Positions 9,051 through 58,399 of a stretch of DNA of 64,000 nt are shown piece after piece (within the stretch, counting starts at the first letter, position 1; the number at the start of each line of letters is the position of its first letter). Made by a program: the position numbers and the translations under genes. Source of the DNA: Schmidtea polychroa. Its lineage: Eukaryota. The DNA is taken from contig CM097885.1 of the NCBI GenBank assembly GCA_044892525.1, forward strand, positions 6,202,001 through 6,266,000, read 5' to 3'. A model generated the notes under the pieces. That model was not told where the DNA came from, did not search any database, and was given only the letters and a program-made list of their open reading frames with translations.

Positions 9051-9470
9051 ATGACCAAGAAAATTTCAAGCACTGAAAAACCAAAAGTAGTTCCAGAACT
9101 TTTACAACCTGTTCAAATGTTCCACAACTACAAAATGTATTTTTTAAAAGAAGAAATCAATATGAAATTGGTGTCACCGATCAAGCTAATTCCTACCCAA
9201 TTTCAATTCTTAACCGGCACGCTTTCAATGTTAGATATTAAAACCATAGATGATGTTTTCAAAAGGTTGAATACGAATCTATCATGCAATCAAAATGCAT
9301 TTTTCAACAACCGATATGCAAAATTTTATGATTCCTTTGATGAAATCAGTTTCAAAGAAAACGAAAATTGGTATATAACAATTACAATCCAAGGATATAA
9401 AGTTGATAATAATGATGTGTATTCTCCAATTTGGAAAATTATGTCTGCTAGACTTTCACAGTTATTTTAA
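9051..9470 (+). CDS. Polinton accessory protein, possibly an OB-fold ssDNA-binding protein
   Basis: Intact 139-aa ORF with its own promoter and AATAAA at 9481. The C-terminal ITITIQGYKVDNNDVYSPIWKIMSARL resembles the terminal strands of viral gp2.5-like SSBs; the function is inferred. Confidence 0.55.
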   Translation: MTKKISSTEKPKVVPELLQPVQMFHNYKMYFLKEEINMKLVSPIKLIPTQFQFLTGTLSMLDIKTIDDVFKRLNTNLSCNQNAFFNNRYAKFYDSFDEISFKENENWYITITIQGYKVDNNDVYSPIWKIMSARLSQLF

Positions 9471-9566
9471 TGTTGTATTTAATAAATGTATTTAGTCATA
9501 TTTGTTTTCGCTTATATTCTATATTTTCTATAAACAAATATATACTATAGTTTTAAAATACTAATA

Positions 9567-9925
9567 ATGACTACAGAAAAAGGTTAATATGATTAGTTAA
9601 TTATCGAATTATTTAATATTTAGAATTTATAATAAACTTTTTATTGGAAAAATTAGCAGAAATATCTGGTGTGAAAATGGCGGATATATTATCTGTTACA
9701 AACGCATTAAATATAGACTGGGTAGCAGAGAGTGAAGATTCGGAATTTGATGAAACAGATGAATAAAACACTCAAGATGATGAGGAAAGCATTCAAGAAA
9801 TTGATGAACCTATGGAGGAATTTACGGATACTGAACCGTGTGTATATAGGGATTGTATTGATCATGTTGTTGAAAATGTTATGAACTGTGGAGATGATGA
9901 ATGTGAATGTGTTAATAAATTTTAG
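9567..9925 (+). pseudogene. Disrupted two-exon acidic protein gene with a Cys-rich C-terminus
   Basis: ATG ACT ACA GAA AAA G|gt...tttag, then a 1-nt frameshift before KLLLEKLAEISGVKMADIL...EDSEFDETDE. An in-frame TAA at 9764-9766 is followed by NTQDDEESIQEID...PCVYRDCIDH...NCGDDECECVNKF*. Confidence 0.55.
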
Positions 9926-9989
9926 TGTATATTTAAAGAATAATATTTAGAATTAAGAAAGTTTTATCTTGAATATTTTTACCAGTAAT

Positions 9990-10085
9990 TTTGTGAACAG
10001 TACCCATGTGACTTGTTGAGTGTGAGTAGTACCCTTGCTAGCAATACCCATAGGGGAAAGAATATTTTGTCGGATAAACTAGGAG

Positions 10086-10126
<41 letters not shown>

Positions 10127-10644
10127 CTTAGAAACTAAAAACTTAAAAAATAATAAATGACCCTGAAAAAATAAATGACCTTGAAAAAATAAATGACCTT
10201 GAAAATAATAAATGACCTTGACCTTGACCTTTTATTTAAAAATTTGACCTTGACCTTTTATTTAAAAATTAAATGACCTTGAAAAAATAAATGAAAGTGT
10301 TTAAACATAGAAAGTATATTAAAAATTTTTTTATTATTGAAAACTAGTATTGTTGTCACTATGGATTAGGACTTTGTTTTGAGCCATTAAAAGAATTAAA
10401 ATTTTTATAAAGTTTTATTATTTTTGATAATACTGTTCATATTTACTTTAGTTTGCAGTGAGCATGCAACTAAATATCTTTGAAAAAAAAAAAAAATAAT
10501 TATAATAATAATAATATAAATAATAATAATAACAATAATAATAATACCGTTGTGAACAGTACCCTTGTGACTTGTTGAGTGTGAGTAGTACCCTTGTGTG
10601 CAGTACCCATAGGGGAAAGAATATCTTGTCGGATAAACTCGGAG

Positions 10645-10691
<47 letters not shown>

Positions 10692-11794
10692 CTTAGAAAC
10701 TAAAAACTTAAAAAATAATAAATGACCTTGAAAAAATAAATGACCTTGAAAATAATAAATGACCTTGACCTTTTATTTAAAAATTTGACCTTGACCTTTT
10801 ATTTAAAAATTAAATGACCTTGAAAAAATAAATGACCTTGGAAATAATAAATGACCTTGAAAATAATAAATGACCTTGACCTTTTATTAAAAATTTGACC
10901 TTGATGAGTCATCGTTCTAAAAATATGATGAGACAACGAATGAGTCATTGTCTTTGTTCTAAAAATGTGATGAGTCATTGTATGATAGAAATCTATATCT
11001 CATTAGAAAGGTCTTGCACAGAGCTTTAAAATAAGGTATCGTCCAATAAAATCTGTTGGTGGGAACATTAATTTTTGGGATGAAAAAAGTGTGAGCCCTC
11101 CCGGCCACATAATTAAAATTAAATGACCTTGAAAAAATAAATGACCTTGAAAAATTAAATGACCTTGAAAAAATAAATGACCTTGGAAATAATAAATGAC
11201 CTTGAGAAAATAAATGACCTTGACCTTGACCTTTTATTTAAAAATTTGACCTTGAAAATAATAAATGACCTTGAAAAATGGTCTCGGGAAAACGTTAATA
11301 ACTTTGCCGATGTTAATGATGATGATACCTTCAATATCTCATTCGAAAGGTCTTGCATTGGGCTTTAAGATGAGCTATCGTCCAAGAAAATCCGTTGGCG
11401 GGAACATTAATTTTTGGGACGAAAAAAAGTGTGAGCCCTCCCGGCCAATTAATAATATTTTGGAAAATAATAATAATTTAACGTTGAAAAGGTGGTCATC
11501 AATTGTTAATAACATTAAAACTATTAAAGATATATATGATACCTATAGCTCATTCGAAAGGTCTTGGACTGAGCTTTAAGATGAAGTATCGTCCAATAAA
11601 ATCTGTTGGTGGGAACATTAATTTTTGGGATGAAAAAAAGTGTGAGCCCGCCCGGCCAATTAATTAAAACAAAAAATTAAAAAAAAAAATAAATGACCTT
11701 GACCTTTTATTTAAAAAAAAATTTTTTCCCGGGGGGGGAGGGGGTATATGTGGCCGGGGGAGCTCATGGCCTGGGGAGCTCACATCATACTACT
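9990..11794. repeat. Subterminal/terminal repeat region of the Polinton (probable TIR)
   Basis: Duplicated blocks at about 9990-10290 and 10550-10830, three copies of an about 110-bp block (near 11000, 11340 and 11550), more than 20 AAATGACCTTGA units, a G-rich tract at 11731-11777 and the ACTACT end. Confidence 0.85.
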
Positions 11795-13258
11795 TCAATG
11801 TTTCCCAAATTTCTATGAAAGAAAAATTCATAATTTAAAGTCATTTTTAGGAATCATTTCTAAACTGGTTTAATTTGAATTGTTTAAATGAGTACTAGAG
11901 CTTTGACCTTCACATTATCCCTAGTGAGTTTTGATTGGTTACAATTATTAGGATCAATGGGAATATTATTGTCTACACAAAAAGAACTGATTCTGAAATA
12001 TAATCATAAATAAATAATATGGTCCAGTTTATATGAAGCTAAATAATATCCCTTAGTACGCAAATCTTTGGCTGCAGCCAAGTTAGAAAGATATACAACT
12101 TATTGGTCAGTCGACTCTCATGTTCAGCAAGTCCAAAGGGGTTTCTGAATAAGTCACATTATTAAGCAAGTAGAGTTTAGGATCTTTCACATATAACTAA
12201 TCAGTCAGTAAGATATATCGTAGAAAAAGAAGAATGCTTTCATGATTTCGTCACCCAAAAAATAAAAAAGAAGTTAGAATTCCATTCATCAGATTACAAG
12301 AATTTGATTATATGTAAGTTTTGGGGGTCAGTGTTAACTGTCATGACCGCCCCTCCCCCTGAACAAACGGCTCAAGAGATACTTTTCCTTTATAAAATAT
12401 TTCAATTCTGTGACAACATCCTCGGAGGACAAAATAAAAATATATGAATAAATGTCAAATTAAATAATTAATAAATGAATTAGAATGTTCATCGTATACA
12501 TTTGAGGACAAGACATATTTTTAATAATTATTGGATTCTATTGTTTGTGAGATATTCATCCTTCGGGACTTGATTAGGATAGCAAATGACCCCCCCCCTC
12601 CCCTCCCCTAGATAATCCTCTTGACAACCAATTCAAATTTACAATTTACAATCATTTTCTCATCAGTTATTATTATATATAATTTTCAATTGATAGAATT
12701 AGTAACATTTTTTTATTTAGTTAATTAAAACAATTTTCTTCCAAAGCTGTCAGTTGCCCCTATTCTAGGATTTATTGTTGATTAATAATTGGAATGATTT
12801 CAGATCTATGATCTCTCAGCCGTGGAGCGTCATGCTGAATCCTTTATTCAATGCTTTCTGATACCGATCATTCCCCCAGATACATTTTCCTTTTCATTAC
12901 ATTATTTTGTTTTAATGCTCTCATTTGTTTTTCTATCAATTTAGGTACAAGCTTCACAGAGAACAGAAGCAATTCAATATAAAAATATATTATGATAATA
13001 TTATAAAAAATACATCAGAACGCAGAAAATAAGAAGAATTAAGTTAATAAGCTAAACTTAATACACGTGGTAAGGTTCAACATACAAAACGGTTGCAACA
13101 ACATTTAGGGATCGCCTAGCATTTCAGGACAAAGAATATAACAAATATAATAATAATAATAATATTAATAATAACAATAATAATAATAATAATAATTGTA
13201 TTAATAATAATAATAATAATAATAAAAATAATAAAAATTACATTAATAATAATAATAT

Positions 13259-13290
<32 letters not shown>

Positions 13291-13297
13291 TAATAAC

Positions 13298-13451
<154 letters not shown>

Positions 13452-13630
13452 TTTCAATTTGAGGTAAAACAAGAGAGATTGAAGAAACGGCCCCCCTCCC
13501 CTCCCGTAGAATGGAGATATTGCATATAATAATAACTAATATAAGATCAAGTTCAACTAGCATCACGAATACACCTATCCATATACATTTGCACAAATAT
13601 CCAAGACAATGGGAACGAAGAAATTGAATC

Positions 13631-51242
<37,612 letters not shown>

Positions 51243-52853
51243 CCAAAATATTAGCCATCTGAATAAAATTTAAATGAATTTCACACAGAGTGCATTACAT
51301 TTGAAATTTTAAAACAAATCTCAATTTGAAAAAATTTTATGAAATGATATTTTAAAAAATTTATCGAAACAATTTTTTTAAAGTTTCAATATGGGCAAAA
51401 TTAGTAAATTAATTTTTATTTTTAATTTTTGGTATTTTTATTTTTTATTTCTTTTGATCTATTTTTGTGTTAAATATTTAACAAAATTTGAAAAAGGGTG
51501 TGCTGAAAATTCGTTAATATAAAAAAAACATCAATACCTTTAATAATTCATAGCAAAAATTTTTAATAAATACAATGTCAATTGAAAAGAAATCAGATAT
51601 GAAAATTGAAAAAAGTTCTCATAATATTAATCTATAGTCTGAAAAGAAATAAAATTAAGTATAAGTTTGTTAATACAATTTATATCATAAAGTTAAACTT
51701 ATAAATTCAATTATTCGAAATTAGGTTGTAGTAAGTTATTCTGATTAATAAAATTAATTTTGGATCATTTTATAAATATAATTTTTGGCTTTTCAATGTT
51801 TTCATTTTGAAGAATAATTTCCTATTAACAGAGTTAGATATCTTTTTGCTTAAATAATTTGGAGTTGGCGGTTTTTGTGAAAAATTAAAACTGGTTATTT
51901 ATAAATTCTTTGATTAAATATATATTGTTGGTTTCAATAGTTTTGCTGCAAAATTTAACGATAGATTTAAAGATGGATTAAAGATGGAACAATTCTTGAA
52001 AAATACGAGAATCCCGAATAGCTCAGAAAAGAAGCTGCCAACAATATTCATGAAGAATTTAGCAAGGAGGCTGTACAATGAAAGTAGAGGACTACCACAG
52101 GCATCGGTCCCAAAATTAACGGTTATCAACATTTTAACCGTTCGTGTCGTTTGCGAGTCAACCCTGCTACCAATCAATGATTTAAATTAATATTTAAAAT
52201 GGTTGGATTTCTAACTTTCGAGCATTAACAAACTCTGACAAAGAAGTAAAATCAGTCTATTGGGGTTTTAGAAAATATGTCTCCCTATTAAAGCTAATGT
52301 TGGTTTCATGGTTTAAGTGACCTAATTAATCCTCATGCAAGACACACATAATATTATTTTAAAAATCTTCACCTATTAGTAATCAACGTTGGTTATGCTA
52401 CTCAAGCGGTGGCTGTCAGAAAAAAGGTGAGGTACACTTGCAAATTTGCTAATGCTCTGATGCGCCTTGGGTTCACAGACTGGCTTTGAAAGGTTCATGT
52501 CAGTCTTTAATTCTGAATTTTCTCTCTTTTAATTCCATCTTAACCACAATACTATTTTTATTGATTGAATTTGCCTATGATTAAGATAAACCTTAAGAAA
52601 TTCGAATAAGTCTAATCAATTTTATTTAAACATCAAAAGCATAAAAATAACAGTATTTAGTTTCGCTATTTACGTTACTTTCCAAATGTTCAGAGAAATG
52701 TCATTAAAAAGTAAACCTAAGCTGAGGAAGAACCTTTACAAGATAAAATAAAGTCTTGGTTAGATTAACGCACAGAAATCAACAAATATCGTTTGGTTCA
52801 CACAAACCTGAGACTCAGATTAATTAGTTTATTACTTATTGAATGTCATGTCA

Positions 52854-55344
52854 TAGTGGGCCCTTTCTGGATTTTAATAATCCCGATTCATCATTATAAA
52901 AACATCATCATTATAAAACCCGGGAATTAAAAAAAAATAGATTACTGAAGTTTGTCATTTTAGATAGAATACCAAATGTTTCCATAGTGATTAGTGGAAT
53001 CATATTTTAAAACATGAAAAAACGTTAAACCATAGAATATGTTTTTACGTAGTAGGCGTAGGTACAGAAGTTTTTGCATATTTTTAAAACAATTTATTTA
53101 GAGTTATTCATTTATTATTGTAAATTCATTTTGTGCAGTTTATTTTCTTTTGAAGTGATTGGTAAGCAATAAAATCTGTATTGATTCATTTATTAATTAT
53201 ATTATAAGAACATTTTTTCTTTCAATTTCACCATTGATTATTTTTTCCATTGAATTTATTAAAAAGAGAGTTTGAAGACTAAGACAAATTTTCGGCACTG
53301 CCTTTTTTTCACTTGAAAAGGCAGTGTCGAAGATTCGTGAGTATCAACAAACATCGATATATTACTGATTTATAGTCTTCAAGCTCTCTTTAATAAATTA
53401 ATTATATATGTATATTTAAGTTTTTTTATCAGAACACGTTTTAAAAAGAATTCATCGGAAGTTTGGAACATTTTATAAATGGATGAAAGTTGTGAAAAGG
53501 CGGTTTGCAAATACTGCTCAGAAAATATCGACGCAAAGAATCATTCACGAGCGGGTTTATTCATCATCTATCAACTGTTCATCCAGAAAAGGCGTAAAGA
53601 AAATGAAACCAACTTAGAAGCAAGTCCAGCATCTTCTAAGATTTCTAAAATTCAACCTACAATCTTTAACTATATTAAACGACAATCTATGGCTGAAATA
53701 GCAGCTCGATTATGTGCTTTGGATGAATTTTCAATTTCTGGTGTTTGTAAAATTGGAAAATTTGAATGTCTGTGGCTTTCAGTTGCTAAAGAACAAAACC
53801 AATGTTATGAAACTTGTACACGATTATTATGAATTAGTAAAATTGGAAACCATAAAAAGAATAAATTTGTACAAAAATGAGAATTCATTATTAAGTTTGA
53901 CATTTGATGAATGGACAAGTTTCAAAAATCGTCGTTATTTAAACATAAATGTGCATTATTCGAGCGGAAGCTTCGATCATCTAGGTCTTATCAGAATTTG
54001 GAGAGAATCATCATTTATGCTCCACCAATCATGCTTAAATCATGGCATTCAATTTGCAATTTGTCACATTATTTATAGAAAAATTGCAAAATCCAAAACA
54101 AGCGAAAACTTAAAAAACTATGATGATAACAAATCTATTCAAGTAGAAAAAGTTGCTGATGCTGAATTACTTGAAAATACTAAAATTATTTTGGAAGAGC
54201 ATTGAGATTTTAAGATAGTTTTGAATAATGTCCGCAAAATTGTGAAGTTGTTTAAGAAATCAGCTGTAAAAAACTGTGTGCTTCAAAAATATATTAAAAA
54301 CGAGCATGGAAAAGAACTCAAAAAGAACTCAATCTCATGTTGGTTTCTCAGACTAGGTGGATCAGTATTGATCCAATGTTGGAACGATATCTATTGTTGA
54401 AATCCTGTATTAAAAAAGTGTTGATAAGTCTAAACTCGCCGGTTAAATTATAAGAAAATGAGATTGTAAAGTTGGAGGCATTGTTAAATGTCTTAAAACC
54501 AGTACAATTGGCGGTTGAAGCACTTATTACTTCAAATGGAATTATAAAGTTTCTCTTCAATTTGGTTCGAGATTTACCTGGTCCAATAACAACAAACTTG
54601 TTAGAAGCTATGCAGAAAGGCGTTCAAAAGATTCAAATTCGCTTGCAATGTTTCTGCAAAATCCAGAAAATTTAAAATCTAATACAAATAACTGTGATTT
54701 GAATAGTTATGGACAGTTTTTGCTGTATCATCAATTTCCGCAGTATCTAAATTAGCAAAAGATTTGGTAATCCAATATGTTTCTGATGATCGGAAGATAG
54801 CCATAGATAATGATTCCAATTTATGAGAGATAATTGATGTACCAACAACAAGCGATATTACTTTACTATCACCATCAACTACAAACGATTTGTTGAAGAA
54901 GTCGTTGGCAAGTGCAATAAGTAAATCACAGAAAACTATGGAGGTAGTAAAACCTGACAAAACAACATCTATACAAAAGGAGATGAGATTATATGCGGCA
55001 ACAGGAACAATGACACATACTAATAAAAAAATTTATAGTTCTGTAATGACAATCAAACCAATATGAACCGAATTGGAGCCAGTTTTTTCAATTTCTGGAA
55101 CAATTGTAACAAAAAAACGAGTGGGTTTGTCAGATCATTCAATTGATGTTTAAAAAAGCACGAATAAGTTTAAAAAAATATACCAGACAAGGTGCATTAA
55201 ACTTTTTTAATTTTATTATTGTATGTTTCTTGTAAATAAAAATAATGAATTATAGTACAAATGTGAAATTTTTAATATTAAAAAAAATTCTCGGTTCCCG
55301 GGTAATCGTGGGATTGAAAAAAAGTCCGGGAACAGCCCCCACTA
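52854..55344 (+). mobile_element. Full-length but inactivated hAT DNA transposon
   Basis: Ends TAGTGGG...CCCACTA flanked by a CATGTCA(T) duplication. BED finger SEVW...AVCKYC, SLTFDEWTS, CLNH, TRWISI and a dimerisation-domain remnant ELEPVFSISG. Many stops and frameshifts. Confidence 0.9.
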
Positions 55345-55984
55345 CATGTCATATATGAACTTATATTTTGGCAGACATAAAATAAGCATTAGATAAACAT
55401 ACACTTTAAGAAAGACACTAATTTGGTCAAAGATTTATTTGCAAAAACACAGCAAGCTCCTGCGTCGACCATTACCTATTGTCAAACACTGACAATAAAA
55501 GGATAATCGGGGTATATGGGATGATATAGTAATAGATTAAGTCAGTTATTGGCCTCTTAACTATATACGTCAACTTCCCGACAAACGCATAGTTTAACGT
55601 GGAATATACACAAAATAAATCATTTCAGATTTAATCTTTTTTTATATATTTTATATGTGATTCTGCTGCTTTTTGATATTCTATTTATCTATTTATATCA
55701 AATATTAATATATGTACAAATAATACCTATCACTGCGATATTTTCCCGGTCAATGCTTTTTATTTCTCATAGTGAATTAATCCATCTTTCATGTCTAAAA
55801 TTAGTCATTTATTTTAATGTTTTTTTATATTAACCGATATCATTTATGTAATATGTAAATAATTTATACAAAAGAATGATTTTTGTTCATTTTTATATTT
55901 ATAAAATTTTCATTTATATATGTGACCTTGACATTTATTAGTGTTTTATTTTCGTTTGATTATGTTAATTTTATCTTTTAATTA

Positions 55985-56906
55985 TCCCAGCCTACCAAAA
56001 GTCTCCAGTCAGGCAGTTATTTACATATTGCAGTTTATAATGAACGTCTGCAGTGCAAAAACGAACAGCAACGGGAACAAAGGTCACCAACACCTTCAAA
56101 ATGCTGCAAGTGCACACATACACACGCACGCACTCACAAACACAGACACACAGAATATGACTACTCACACCAAACACACAACAGTGATAACAGTGAGTCA
56201 TATTAATGAAGGATTACCTTTGTGGAAAAAGTCATAGTGAAACTGCTGCATTGACTGGCCATCTCAATAGAACTATTAACTACTTCCTGAGGAAATACAA
56301 CACTAAACTTCTAAGCATCCGTTCATAACAGCAGCTGAAACGACTTGTGATGGCTCATCGTTGGTATCCCATGCCCAAGTTAGTGTCCACATTTAAAACT
56401 GCCCCTATGTATGCCAGCATGTCCACCCTTCGTCGCTCATTACATTTTCATGGTTTTTTTTTGTTGGTCACGTCTGTTGGCGCAAGTTTTTATTTTTTAA
56501 AAAAAAAGATAAAAATAAACTATATAGCGATAATTTACCATAGTATACAAAATTAAAAAAATCCATAAACAAAAATTAATTAAAATATTCCAAAATATTA
56601 AAAAACTTATACCAATTTGTTTTGCATAAAATTTGAAAGATTGTAAAATATTTATTGGGAATCTTTGTTTGAAATATCAAAACAAGCTCCACGAGAATTT
56701 CCTGAACTTACTATATAAAGTGAAAAGTAATCATTCCACGAAAAGTGATCATTTCATGATAATAAAAGTTGTTACTTAAATTAACCGTTATTTTTGGTAT
56801 TATATTCATCGCACTACATACACGCACCCCGATTGTCCCACCACATATTATTATAGGTGACTCTATCGGGTTCTAACACTCTTCTTATTATACATACACA
56901 ACGTAT

Positions 56907-56998
<92 letters not shown>

Positions 56999-57704
56999 TT
57001 ATAATTGGTTATAATTTGATAACAACCTATAACAATTTCTATGGCAGATACTGCGCAAGGAAGCCTTTGATTATAGAAAATATTCGTCGTTGTCGCTTGA
57101 AGTAGTGCCGCGAGAGAAGGAGTTGGACAGCAGAACAATGGCGCTCAGTCATTTGGAGTGATGAATCACGTTTCACTCTTTTCAAATCTGATGGACAGCA
57201 ATTCTGCTGGCGTCGTGTAGGAGAATGATTTCACCTTGACTGCATTCAGCCAACTGTGAAATATGGAGGAGGCTCCATTATGTATTGTAGTTTTTTCTCA
57301 GCTCCTAGAACTAGCCCTCCATTCTTTCTGCTGCACAGCATCAACGTTTCGAATTGGGTTCCACAAAGCCTTAATCTGAATCATATTGAGTTTCTTAGGG
57401 ACATCTTTGGTAGACGAGTTCACAAAAGGATTTCCATTGCTCGTAACGCCTCCAAACTGGAAACGCATCTGCATGAAGAATGGTCACACATCTCCCTTAA
57501 TTTCCAGGCAAAATTGGTCGATACAATGTCTAAACGAGTGCGCCTTATGATCCAAATGAAAGGTAATATAACGAAGTACTAACTCTCTCAGCATTACAGG
57601 CCTCTAGTGCTCGTGTGTGCTTGTGACATTTGTTCCCATTGCTGTTCATTATAGACTGCAATATGTAATTGACTGCTTGACTGGAGACTTTTGGTATGCT
57701 GGGG
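55985..57704 (+). mobile_element. Decayed Tc1-family transposon
   Basis: TA-flanked long TIRs CCCAGCCTACCAAAAGTCTCCAGTCA and TGACTGGAGACTTTTGGTATGCTGGGG; WRSVIWSDESRF, TVKYGGGSIM and WVPQSLNLNHIE. Confidence 0.9.
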
Positions 57705-58399
57705 TATTAATAATATGGTTCTGAAAAGTTATATAGTTTAAATCGGCACATAATCAAGCTTTAAACAAAATTTATGTTCAATCTATATGATATTAAAAAA
57801 AGTAAAATAATTTCCATATATTCTAAATTTCATTTATGTAGAAGTTTGTCTTCCTATAATATGTTTATTATTTCAATGTAGTCAGGGCCGGCTTTAGTTG
57901 GAAGCGGTGGATGCAAAGCATCGGGGCGCCTCTCGGAAAGGGCGCTAAAAAATTTAGAATTTTAGTTTCTTTTTAAAATTTAACAAAAAAACCATTAACA
58001 AATTTTTTTTTAATAAGAATTTTTTTTTTTTTTTAAATAAAATTTCCTTGAAAAACTACTGGCCTACTAGTTTTCGAAGTGTTTAAGAATTGTTTAATTA
58101 TTTCGCAAAACAAAATAAATTATACATGCATAAATTTATTTTGAAACGGCCTGCTACATTATGTAGTAATAAGGAATTCAACAAACACTATCAATCAACA
58201 GCATGCATTCATGCAACCTTTATTGCACTGTCAATAATTTTAATTGAATTTTTATGATTAAGTAAATTTAATAATGTATAAATTAAACAATTTCAAATCT
58301 GATTTCACTGCAAAATTTATTATCAAAACTAATTTATTTTCATTTCTGCTAATTTAAACATTCTTCATTTCATTCTCCTGAGATTCCTTAAGATTCGTC

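Noticed and set aside
11155..11579. ORFs in the terminal repeat region
   Set aside because: By-products of the TGACCTTGA tandem repeats and duplicated blocks.
57883..58152. CAGGGCCGG...CGGCCTG hAT-like MITE
   Set aside because: TIR match is short and there is no convincing TSD.
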